DNA of 64,000 bases from Candidatus Heimdallarchaeota archaeon (GTDB lineage Archaea > Asgardarchaeota > Heimdallarchaeia > Heimdallarchaeales > Heimdallarchaeaceae), in assembly GCA_030603365.1 (NCBI GenBank), contig JAUVXV010000001.1:352001-416000 (forward strand). Reading direction: 5' to 3'. This document shows, in pieces, positions 20,505 through 29,694 of this stretch (its first letter is position 1; every line of letters starts with the position of its first letter). The notes under the pieces were generated by a model. The model was not told the origin of the DNA, ran no database searches, and saw only the letters and a list, made by a program, of their open reading frames with translations. The position numbers and the translations under genes were made by a program.

Positions 20505-20641
20505 AACCTACTAATTTGTAGTTTTATCTGGTTTCGATTTTTACTTTACAGATAAAAATGTTATCCATTGTAGATATATTATCAACAAAAATAGAATTTT
20601 ATCCAAAAAAGATTTTATTAGGTTCATCACAATAATTAGTT

Positions 20642-21688
20642 ATGGCTTCAACTGAAGCGACTTCTTCAGAAAAACCAATAGAAGAGAAAGAGAAAAAACG
20701 TTATGTTAGCATAGATGTTTTTCGGGGGTTAACTATAGTAGGAATGATAATTGTCAATATCATGCTTGAGTTTGATAACACCCCTAGCTGGTTAAAACAT
20801 GAAATTGATTTTGGATTAGAATTTGCAGATCTAATTGCCCCCTTCTTTATTTTTGCAATAACCTTAACCTATACTATGTCATTTAAACATCATGTCAGAA
20901 AAGAAGGGTATTTCAAAACATATATCCGTTTTCTAAGGCGCTATGGTGCCTTCCTTGGGTTTGGTTTCTTAGGAAGTTATTATGCTGTTTCATTAGAAGG
21001 ATTTGGGTTTACTTGGGGAGTTTTACAAGCAATTGGATTAGCAGGAATATTCACTCTTTTTTTTATTCGATTCCCTAGATATATCAGATTGGTTGTCTCT
21101 CTCTGTCTCATGATAGCTTATCAAGCAATTCTAGGCGTTTCTGTGAATGTTGAAGGAACCCCCATTACTTTAAGCGATTTAAACTATAACGATGTCCATG
21201 GTGGAATAATAGGGGGGATTGGATATAGCATTATGACTTTATTAGGAACAGCAATTGTAGATGACTTTAAAGAAGTTGATAAGAAACAGATTCTGATAGC
21301 AGGTGTCGTACTCACCATTCTAGGTTTAGGAATTCATTTCATATGGAAAGGTTATGGTTTCCCTCCAGATGGAGGCATCTCAAAGGAAAGGGTAACATCA
21401 GCATTTGTTTTATTAAGTTTAGGACTAGGTGCTATTCTTTTTTGGCTAATTTGGTTCTTCATGGATGAGAAAAAGATTATAAGAATTAAAAGTCGAATTT
21501 TCCAACCATTAGGAAAAAATGCATTTTTAATATATATTCTCCATCCATTATTCATCTTATTTACAGTTTTAATTTTACCAATTAATGCTCATTTTGCGTT
21601 AATTCTACTTTGTACTTTGATAAGTTGTGTAACATTGTGGTTACTAGCTTTCTTCCTAGATAAAAAACAACTATATATAATAATATAA
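20642..21688 (+). CDS. HGSNAT-like (DUF1624/DUF5009) membrane acyltransferase
   Basis: RYVSIDVFRG..MIIVN, H..G..FADL..PFFIF, GVLQAIG, ISK; ~10 TM helices. Confidence 0.8.
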   Translation: MASTEATSSEKPIEEKEKKRYVSIDVFRGLTIVGMIIVNIMLEFDNTPSWLKHEIDFGLEFADLIAPFFIFAITLTYTMSFKHHVRKEGYFKTYIRFLRRYGAFLGFGFLGSYYAVSLEGFGFTWGVLQAIGLAGIFTLFFIRFPRYIRLVVSLCLMIAYQAILGVSVNVEGTPITLSDLNYNDVHGGIIGGIGYSIMTLLGTAIVDDFKEVDKKQILIAGVVLTILGLGIHFIWKGYGFPPDGGISKERVTSAFVLLSLGLGAILFWLIWFFMDEKKIIRIKSRIFQPLGKNAFLIYILHPLFILFTVLILPINAHFALILLCTLISCVTLWLLAFFLDKKQLYIII

Positions 21689-21735
21689 GAAAATATGAGA
21701 AATCTTTTTTAATGTAAGTTTTAATTCTGCTTATT

Positions 21736-23112
21736 ATGCAACCCCCAGTTGAACCTTTTAAGATTAAAGTTGTTGAACCTGTTAATATGCCCTCAGAAGA
21801 GAGAAGAAAGGAAGCAATAAAGGAAGCAGGATATAATACATTTTTACTACTATCTGAAGATGTTTTTATTGATTTGCTAACAGATTCAGGAACAGCTGCA
21901 ATGTCAGACAATCAGTGGGCTGGTATGATGATGGGAGACGAAGCATATGCTGGAAGTAAGAACTTCTATCATTTAGAACAAGCAATACAAGATGTACTTG
22001 GGTTCAAATATATAGTGCCAACACATCAAGGAAGAGGTGCTGAACATTTAATGTTTCAACATCTTGTGAAAGCTGGACAAATAGTTCCAAGGAACATGTA
22101 TTTTACAACTTCTAAACTACACGTAGAAATTCCTGGCGGGAAGATGGTTGATGCTATTATTGATGAGGGTCATGATCCAGAAAACCTACATCCTTTCAAG
22201 GGAAATATGGATCTTAAAAAATTACAAGAATATGTTGATGATTATGGCCCTGAAAAAATTGCTTGTGTCAGTGTAGAAATGAATGTTAACATGGCTGGTG
22301 GACAACCAGTATCAATGGAAAATTTACGAGAATTAAGAAAATTCTGTAATGAATACAATCTAAAGATTATCTATGATGCTACACGCTCAAGTGAAAATGC
22401 TTTTTTCATAAGAGAAAGAGAAAAAGGTTACGAGAATACACCTATTATTGAAATACTAAGAGAAATGATGAGTTATGCTGATGGTTGTATTCATAGTTCT
22501 AAGAAAGATTGTTTAGTAAACATAGGTGGTTTTCTAGCAACTCATGATAAAGAAATATTCGAAGGTACTCGTAACATGGTTGTAGTTTATGAAGGACTCC
22601 ATACTTACGGTGGAATGGCAGGACGTGATATGGAAGCAGTTGCAAGAGGTTTGCGTGAAGGAGCACAGTATGAATATCTAAAATATAGGATTAACCAAGT
22701 ACGTTATTTAGGTGAATTATTGATGAAAGCTAATGTTCCAGTTGTAAAACCCATTGGTGGTCATGCTGTATTTCTAGATGCATTAAAATTCCTTCCTCAT
22801 TTAGAAAGAGAGCAATGGCCAGCACAAACACTAGCTGGAGCTATCTATGAAGATTCAGCAGTAAGAAGCATGGAAAGAGGTGCTGTTTCAAAAGGAAGAA
22901 ATAAAGAGACTGGTGACAACATTTTTCCACCTCTGGAATTAGTTCGACTTACAATTCCAAGAAGGGTTTATACTAATACACATATGGAATATACCGCAAA
23001 TTCTATAATTAATCTTTATGAAAAAAGAGATACGATACTTGGATTAAAGATGGTTTATGAACCCAAATACCTGAGATTCTTTCAAGCTAAATTTGAACAA
23101 ATGACACTATAG
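21736..23112 (+). CDS. tpl: Tyrosine phenol-lyase (beta-eliminating lyase)
   Basis: IDLLTDSGT, PTHQGRGAE, PLP-Lys SKKDCLVNIGGFL; TPL-type MYFTT, SMERG and LRFF (tryptophanase has LRHF). Confidence 0.82.
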   Translation: MQPPVEPFKIKVVEPVNMPSEERRKEAIKEAGYNTFLLLSEDVFIDLLTDSGTAAMSDNQWAGMMMGDEAYAGSKNFYHLEQAIQDVLGFKYIVPTHQGRGAEHLMFQHLVKAGQIVPRNMYFTTSKLHVEIPGGKMVDAIIDEGHDPENLHPFKGNMDLKKLQEYVDDYGPEKIACVSVEMNVNMAGGQPVSMENLRELRKFCNEYNLKIIYDATRSSENAFFIREREKGYENTPIIEILREMMSYADGCIHSSKKDCLVNIGGFLATHDKEIFEGTRNMVVVYEGLHTYGGMAGRDMEAVARGLREGAQYEYLKYRINQVRYLGELLMKANVPVVKPIGGHAVFLDALKFLPHLEREQWPAQTLAGAIYEDSAVRSMERGAVSKGRNKETGDNIFPPLELVRLTIPRRVYTNTHMEYTANSIINLYEKRDTILGLKMVYEPKYLRFFQAKFEQMTL

Positions 23113-23137
23113 TCATTTGCACCTATTTTATATTAAG

Positions 23138-24499
23138 TTAGTAGTCAAACTTGAATTTTTTTGATTTACCTTTGTGGCTATCCACAAAAATTTTTTCTCC
23201 ATCTGGTCCATCAATAAACTCAATTGGTTGTCCCGGAGAGGCAAATGGTAGATTCTTTGGAGCAATGAATCTGAAATCTTTATCGTGTTTGTAGATCTGA
23301 ATAAATTCAGCTGGATTATCATCTCCAGGACCAATTACAACAAGTTTTGGTCCAATTTGACTAAACAATGACGTACCCCAATCTGAGATATAGAATCCTA
23401 TTATATCATTGAAATCTTGAATAGTTTCCTCAGGCTTTAGTTTGAACTTTTCTTTTTCTTTTGCTATATGAGCAATTAATTTGAGTATTCCAAGAGATAG
23501 AGTTAAAGCTGGTCCATTTACAGCATTTGTAAGAACAACAATAACTAATTTCTTATCTTGAATAAGTCCTGAGCGTGTAATAAATCCAGGATATCCACCA
23601 CCATGGCCTACTATCTTCATCTCTGGTAAGGTCGTAATACTGAAACCCAATCCCCAATCTGCTTTTTCTGCTTTAAACTGGATACGCTGCATTTCGCGTT
23701 TGATATAATCAGGGAATAGAGTATTGTTGCCAAAAATGTGAGCTTTATAGAATTTAATTAAATCCTCAACTGTACTGCTCAAACCAGTTGCTGAATGCAT
23801 AATATTAGCAGGAACATGTTCTAATTTTTCTCTTTCTTGTTTAGGATATTTGATCTTATATCCTGTCGCATGTCTTGAAAGATTGGTCTCATCAACATCG
23901 ATTATTGTGTTGTTCATATTCAATGGAGTAAGAATCTCTTTTTGAATATATTCTGGATAGTTTTGTCCAGATACTGTTTCAATTATTTGACCTAGCAAAG
24001 TGTATCCAAAATTAGAATATTTCAATATTTCACTTGTTTTGAAGAAACTTATTCCTTTTTCTACTTGAGCTTTTATTTCTTCAATTGATGGAAACTCGTG
24101 GTTAGACCAGTGCCCTGTAACTCCATCACGAGTCATTCCACTAGAATGAGTGAGTAGATGTCGTATCCGAATTTGTTTGATATTATCATCTTTTTCTGAA
24201 GTAAACCAAGGTAAGAATTTTGAAACTTTATCATCTAGTGATAGCTTATCTTCATGATAAAGTTTCATTATGGCTGTAGCTGTGAACAATTTAGAGTGAG
24301 ATGCAATACGGAATAAGTGTTGATTCGTTAATTTTTCTTTTTTCTCTAGATTCGCATATCCATATTCCTTTTTGAAAACAATTTCATCTTCCACAAAAAT
24401 TCCAACTGCTACTCCGGGAATTTCATTGATATAGGTTTGAAAATCAAGCCAGTTATCAATCAAATGAAGGGTTTGTTTTATCATTTGTTTCTTGACCAT
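23138..24499 (-). CDS. Beta-lactamase-family serine hydrolase/peptidase
   Basis: SHSK (SxxK), LLTHSSG, YSN, HGGG. Confidence 0.9.
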   Translation of the reverse strand: MVKKQMIKQTLHLIDNWLDFQTYINEIPGVAVGIFVEDEIVFKKEYGYANLEKKEKLTNQHLFRIASHSKLFTATAIMKLYHEDKLSLDDKVSKFLPWFTSEKDDNIKQIRIRHLLTHSSGMTRDGVTGHWSNHEFPSIEEIKAQVEKGISFFKTSEILKYSNFGYTLLGQIIETVSGQNYPEYIQKEILTPLNMNNTIIDVDETNLSRHATGYKIKYPKQEREKLEHVPANIMHSATGLSSTVEDLIKFYKAHIFGNNTLFPDYIKREMQRIQFKAEKADWGLGFSITTLPEMKIVGHGGGYPGFITRSGLIQDKKLVIVVLTNAVNGPALTLSLGILKLIAHIAKEKEKFKLKPEETIQDFNDIIGFYISDWGTSLFSQIGPKLVVIGPGDDNPAEFIQIYKHDKDFRFIAPKNLPFASPGQPIEFIDGPDGEKIFVDSHKGKSKKFKFDY

Positions 24500-24573
24500 A
24501 ATTTAAAGATTAAAAACACATTGAAAACTATTATTGTCTCTCAAGTTTGGTTCTGTACCATTATTTTATTCAG

Positions 24574-25272
24574 TTAGATGAAGAACAAATAAAGTGAAAA
24601 AGCAACTGATAATGGAACTGTAGTGTTATCTAATCCCTTGTAATTTAAAGCTTCAAAAATAGTTCCAATTAAAGATGTTAGTACTAGTTTCCATATAATT
24701 TCATAAGAAAGTAAATCATTTATCGCAAAGGAGATGACAATACATATGAAAATTCCAATAAAAACTGCCAAAGATCCTTCCAAACTTTTTTCATGAAATA
24801 GTTTGTATTTAATTTTCCCAAAAGGTTTACCTATAATCTCTCCCAAGGCATCGCCTACAGACATAGCAAGTACTGCAGATGTATAAATATGCAAATCATT
24901 AGGGAAAATGAAGAGTATTAGAAAAACTGAACCTATTGAAAAAGCATTATTTAATGCAAGAGTAATAGTCTTCTCTTCTTTCCGCAAACCACTCTCAAAA
25001 ATGTGTTGGATCAGTTTTATTTGAGGAATAAGAGCTGAAATAATAATTAATAGAAGAAGTCCAATAGAGGCAAGTACGAAGTTGAATAGATTTTCTGTAA
25101 AGTAAGGAAGAAATGCAACAATAATGGTTGTAGGAGTATGCAAGCTTTTTCTTACTACCCAATGAGGTGCATTCAGTTTTTTTGGGATGAAATGTATCCA
25201 ATAAGTTAGATATAGAATAACAGCTCCAACCGTTACATAAATCCAGTCTACAGAAGTGGGATCAAAAATCAT
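24574..25272 (-). CDS. Dolichol/phytol kinase-like (CTP-dependent) membrane protein
   Basis: RKSLH, GDALGEIIG..FG, KSLEGS, DN..VP. Confidence 0.82.
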   Translation of the reverse strand: MIFDPTSVDWIYVTVGAVILYLTYWIHFIPKKLNAPHWVVRKSLHTPTTIIVAFLPYFTENLFNFVLASIGLLLLIIISALIPQIKLIQHIFESGLRKEEKTITLALNNAFSIGSVFLILFIFPNDLHIYTSAVLAMSVGDALGEIIGKPFGKIKYKLFHEKSLEGSLAVFIGIFICIVISFAINDLLSYEIIWKLVLTSLIGTIFEALNYKGLDNTTVPLSVAFSLYLFFI

Positions 25273-25365
25273 CCTAATAGCATTGAAGAGAATAGTTACT
25301 TAAAATAATTGTGCAAAAGAATGTGAAAAATAGTTAATTAAATTCTAAAAACATTTAATAGGGTA

Positions 25366-27051
25366 ATGAGAGTTGATACTAGCTTGTTAAGTATGAAAAC
25401 AAGCAAAAAAATAATATTGGCTTTAATGATTTTGTCTGGTATTTTTCTTTCCATGTTACAATTACAATTACAATTCACTAATGTAGTTGCATATTCAGAA
25501 TTCGTGTCTTCTGATACACCACAAATTTCAGTTTCTGATGAAACTCAGAGTGCTTGGATTCTTCTTGCTGGTGATACTTGGGATCATAGAGATATGGCAG
25601 CTCTTCAAAATGCAGCAAATATAACTTACGAAATTCTGAGAGGTAATGGGTTTTCTTCAGAGCAGATATACTATATGGGTCCTGAAGTTGGACCAAGTCA
25701 ACCTTATGTAAATACTTCTTCAACAAAAATTAATCTTAAATGGGCAATTGAAGAATGGGCTCCACAGCATGTTAATTCAACCCAAAGTTTAGGAATAGCC
25801 CTCTTTTCTCATGGTGATTATGATGCTCTTGCAGTAATGGTTGGTGATGCTTTATGGGATACTGATCTGAATTCATATCTGCGTAATTTTGAAATTACTA
25901 CAGGATGTAAAAGAATCATTCTTATAATTGAGGGATGCCATTCTGGTTCATTTATTTACCCAAACAGTAAAGATAATAGAATAATAGTAACATCAGCCCA
26001 TACACTAGCTGGTGCAGCTTTCAATGCTGATAGAACAAATGGAGCTTTTTCAGAATCCTTTTGGTCATCGGTAGCTTCTTGCTTAACAATCGGGACTGCA
26101 TTTGAAGAAGCTGTTATTCACGTAAGAAATCTTGGCAGTCACCAAGCACCACAGATAGATGACAATCATGATGGTCAAGGGCACACTGTAGCTCCAAGTG
26201 GCTATTTACCTGTGGGTGGAGATGGAAATGATGCATTAGACGTGAAGATATGGGCTAAACCAATAGTATGTTTTCCTAAAATACAAATCGAAATGGTTCC
26301 TTTACCTATTTATGAAATCTGGGATCTTTTTACAAGTGTAGCAAATATTGAAGTAGAAGTTGGAAGTTCTACAGGAATAAGTAAAGTTTATGCAAGATTT
26401 GTACCTTCAGGTTGGGAACCCAATGATCCACTGGATGGATATATATACCCAATTAATGATGCTGCAATAAAAATGATTGAATTAGAAGATCCTTTAATGA
26501 ATGGAATTTATTCAAGTGATATAGCTTTCGATGGTCTTGCTCTTGGCGATTCATTTATAGTTAATATCTTAGCATATGATGCTAGTGGAATAGCTGCAGA
26601 TATAGTGTCAACTTCTCTTTCCTTTAATGCAGATGGAGAGGCTCCACCTGATACAGAACCACCATCGATATATATAACCAAACCACACTCAGAGGATGCT
26701 CTTTCAGATGTAGTAGAAATATTCGTAAGGGGTGACGATAATCAAGAATTGGAAACCATTGAACTTTATATTGATGGTTTGCTAGTAGATAATTTAGCTA
26801 TGCCTGATCATTATCCATACCCTGAACTTCAATTCTCATGCAACACGAGTCTTTATACAGAAGGAAAACATAACATAACCGCTGTTGCAATTGATAAAGC
26901 TGGTTTAACTAACCAGACATCAATGATAGTTAAATTTGATAACTTGAATAATGAAATAATCTATTATGCAGCTGGTATTGGCGGAGGAGTTGTTATTATC
27001 TCCTCTTCTGCAATTATTATAAGATTTAGAAAGAAAAGAAAATTAAGATGA
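25366..27051 (+). CDS. Secreted, membrane-anchored C13 (legumain/GPI8)-like cysteine peptidase with Ig-like domain
   Basis: Signal peptide, SHG and EGCHSGSF dyad, IIVTSA, QAPQIDD, Big-like domain, C-terminal TM + RFRKKRKLR. Confidence 0.75.
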   Translation: MRVDTSLLSMKTSKKIILALMILSGIFLSMLQLQLQFTNVVAYSEFVSSDTPQISVSDETQSAWILLAGDTWDHRDMAALQNAANITYEILRGNGFSSEQIYYMGPEVGPSQPYVNTSSTKINLKWAIEEWAPQHVNSTQSLGIALFSHGDYDALAVMVGDALWDTDLNSYLRNFEITTGCKRIILIIEGCHSGSFIYPNSKDNRIIVTSAHTLAGAAFNADRTNGAFSESFWSSVASCLTIGTAFEEAVIHVRNLGSHQAPQIDDNHDGQGHTVAPSGYLPVGGDGNDALDVKIWAKPIVCFPKIQIEMVPLPIYEIWDLFTSVANIEVEVGSSTGISKVYARFVPSGWEPNDPLDGYIYPINDAAIKMIELEDPLMNGIYSSDIAFDGLALGDSFIVNILAYDASGIAADIVSTSLSFNADGEAPPDTEPPSIYITKPHSEDALSDVVEIFVRGDDNQELETIELYIDGLLVDNLAMPDHYPYPELQFSCNTSLYTEGKHNITAVAIDKAGLTNQTSMIVKFDNLNNEIIYYAAGIGGGVVIISSSAIIIRFRKKRKLR

Positions 27052-28114
27052 GTTTTTCTTTCTTACTTCTTGTTTTTCTTCATATGAGCAATTATTGAAA
27101 TAAATTCGTAAATGATATTTGCTGCTAAAAGAGCAGTGATTTCAGAATGATCATATGCAGGTAAAACCTCCACAACATCAAAACCTATGTAATTCAAATC
27201 CTTTAATCCCCTAATTAATTTCAACGTTTCTCCACTTGTAAACCCTCCAACTTCAGGAGTTCCCGTTCCAGGTGCATACGCTGGATCAACGAAGTCGATG
27301 TCAAAGGATAGAAAAACATTAGTCTTTCCTACTCTATTTTTAATTCGTTCTATTAAAGAATCCAAACCCATTTCTCTAATCTCTTCTGTTGTGACAACAT
27401 CAAATCCTAAAGATTTTGGAATTTCTAGATGTTCTGAGGAATAAATTGATCCTCTTAATCCTACCTGTATAGAATTATCAGCAAGTAAAAGATTTTCTTC
27501 AATTGCTCTTTTAAATGGTGTTCCATGATTATATGGCTTACCAAAATATTCGTCGACTGTATCACTATGAGAATCAAAATGTAATAAACTCACAGGACCA
27601 TGAATCTTAGTTATAGCTCTCAATTCTGGCAAAGATATTGCATGGTCACCACCAAGAAGAATGGGTATAATTCCTGCTTCTATAATTGGAACTAAACCTT
27701 CTTCGATTCTTTTATAACCTTCTTCGATATATCCTGGGACAACAGGTAAATCTCCATAATCAATCCCTGAAAGATATTCAAATGGACTAATGTTCAAAAT
27801 TGGATTGTGTAGTCTGAGCAGAGCTGATACTTTCCTTATTGATGCAGGACCTTCTCTTTGTCCTGTCCTAAAAGATGCTCCTGCGTCAGAAGGTACACCT
27901 ATTATTGCAAAATCTACTCCATCAAATTCCTTAACAAAAGGTAATCGCATAAATGTTTTAATCCCTGAGAATCTAGGCGATTTTATAGGATCAACTGGCT
28001 TATATTTGTTCATATTAAATCACAAACATATAACGTAATTATTTATCTAATTTAAATAATGTTCTAAATATAATTCTCACAACGATTTAAAAAGAGAAAA
28101 ATTAAGATGAGTTT
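27039..28114 (+). repeat. 17-bp exact direct repeat AAAATTAAGATGAGTTT (27039-27055 and 28098-28114) flanking speB
   Basis: Direct reading of both sites. Confidence 0.6.
27063..28013 (-). CDS. speB: Agmatinase-like ureohydrolase
   Basis: PRFSGIKTFMRLP, GGDH, DSHSD, HGTPF, DIDFVDPAYAPGTGTPEVGG. Confidence 0.85.
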   Translation of the reverse strand: MNKYKPVDPIKSPRFSGIKTFMRLPFVKEFDGVDFAIIGVPSDAGASFRTGQREGPASIRKVSALLRLHNPILNISPFEYLSGIDYGDLPVVPGYIEEGYKRIEEGLVPIIEAGIIPILLGGDHAISLPELRAITKIHGPVSLLHFDSHSDTVDEYFGKPYNHGTPFKRAIEENLLLADNSIQVGLRGSIYSSEHLEIPKSLGFDVVTTEEIREMGLDSLIERIKNRVGKTNVFLSFDIDFVDPAYAPGTGTPEVGGFTSGETLKLIRGLKDLNYIGFDVVEVLPAYDHSEITALLAANIIYEFISIIAHMKKNKK

Positions 28115-28126
28115 CAATCACTCATC
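28106..28126 (-). terminator. Hairpin plus T-tract downstream of the CoA-disulfide reductase gene
   Basis: GATGAGT-N7-ACTCATC perfect 7-bp stem followed by TTAATTTTTCTCTTTTT on the minus strand. Confidence 0.5.
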
Positions 28127-28137
28127 ACTATTCATTT

Positions 28138-29496
28138 CTATTTTTGTCTTCTCAACATTTTTCTTGAGATTATTTCTAAAGCTTGGGTAACAGGATAAAT
28201 AGTCTCATTCACGGCTGGAGCGTAACATAAATCAGATTGGAGTAGCTCTAGAAATGTCATCTCGTTTTGCATTCCCAAAGAAATTACGTTCAAATTATCT
28301 GTTATAGAATCTGATCCAATTGCTTGAGCACCAAGTATTTTTCCTGTATTCTTATCAGCAAGTATTTTGAAATACAATTCCTCAGCATCTGGCATATATA
28401 GAGGTTTGTTATGTGTCTTAATTTTAGCCATAACTACCTCAAAACCTGCATCCTCTGCTGCTTTCTTAATTAGTCCAACAGACCCAACTCTAATATCAAT
28501 GAATGGTACTATGAAATTGTTCATTGTTCCTGGAAACTTCAAAGTTCCCGGTTTTGCAATTGTCATAGCTGCTACTCTTGCCATTCTAACACAGCAAGTT
28601 GCTATTGCTGAGTTGATGGGTTGTTTTGAAACTAAATGAATTGTTTCAGCACAATCACCTACTGCAAGGATATTAGGGTCAGAGGTTTTCAATTCTTCAT
28701 CAGTTACAATTGCACCAGATTCACCTATTTTTAATCCTGCTTCTTGTGCTAAGGTTACTTCAGGTCTAATACCTGTTGCTGCGACAACAAAATCACAATC
28801 AAAATCTCCTTGATCAGTTGTAACTTTCGTTGCCATACCATTATCATCTAAAACAATTTCATTTATTCCTACTCCAATAACGAATTTTAACTTAGGGAGC
28901 TTCTCTTCTAGTAGTTTTACAGTTTCATCTGCATAATCCGGATCTATAAGCAAACGCATAAGTCTGGATCTAGCAAGAACAACAGTTTCAATACCTCTAT
29001 GAGCGAGTTCTGTGGCAACTTCAAGTCCTATTGCAGAAGCACCTAAAACAACAGCTTTTGAGGCTTTTGCTGCAGCTTCTCGAATTTTTGCTGAATCTTC
29101 TATCCATTTCAGAGCATGAACATTTTTTCCATCAGCTCCTGGTATTGGGGGATATTTAGCTTTAGAACCAATACAAAGAACAAGGTAATCATATTCAACC
29201 TCAAAAACTTCCCCATCTTCTAGATTTTTAACACTGACTTTCTTGTTTTGACGATCAATTTTGAGAGCTTCATGACGACGTAAAAAGTTTATTTTCATAA
29301 TCTTATAGTTCAAAGTTTCAATTAGAAGACTCTCATCTTCCCACAACCCACCTATGGCATATGGCATAGCACAAGGATGATATGCATCATAATTTTTCTT
29401 GTCAATTATAGTGATTTCTGCATTTCTATCCCATGCACGGAGGGTGGAAGCTGATGTCCAACCAGAGGACCCATGTCCGATATACACAACTTTCAT
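28138..29496 (-). CDS. CoA-disulfide reductase / NAD(P)H oxidase family flavoprotein
   Basis: Single redox Cys (HPCAMPY), two Rossmann motifs, AVGDC, GKILGAQ, YAP. Confidence 0.85.
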   Translation of the reverse strand: MKVVYIGHGSSGWTSASTLRAWDRNAEITIIDKKNYDAYHPCAMPYAIGGLWEDESLLIETLNYKIMKINFLRRHEALKIDRQNKKVSVKNLEDGEVFEVEYDYLVLCIGSKAKYPPIPGADGKNVHALKWIEDSAKIREAAAKASKAVVLGASAIGLEVATELAHRGIETVVLARSRLMRLLIDPDYADETVKLLEEKLPKLKFVIGVGINEIVLDDNGMATKVTTDQGDFDCDFVVAATGIRPEVTLAQEAGLKIGESGAIVTDEELKTSDPNILAVGDCAETIHLVSKQPINSAIATCCVRMARVAAMTIAKPGTLKFPGTMNNFIVPFIDIRVGSVGLIKKAAEDAGFEVVMAKIKTHNKPLYMPDAEELYFKILADKNTGKILGAQAIGSDSITDNLNVISLGMQNEMTFLELLQSDLCYAPAVNETIYPVTQALEIISRKMLRRQK

Positions 29497-29694
29497 AGCC
29501 GAGAAAAAGGCTATTTGTTTATTAAAGTTACTAATAAGTCACAAAAAGTTAATCTACCTTGAATTTTTAATTTTATACTGATTCAGCGACTTATTTGTTA
29601 TATTATTAGCTTATACTTATAGTGAATTGATTATAAAACTAAACATACACTAGCAGTAATTTTTTTAAGAAAACATGTGTTTGTTTAATTTGGG

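Noticed and set aside
23138-24499. Antibiotic-resistance beta-lactamase
   Set aside because: No signal peptide; the motifs fit the broad serine hydrolase/peptidase family, so resistance cannot be inferred
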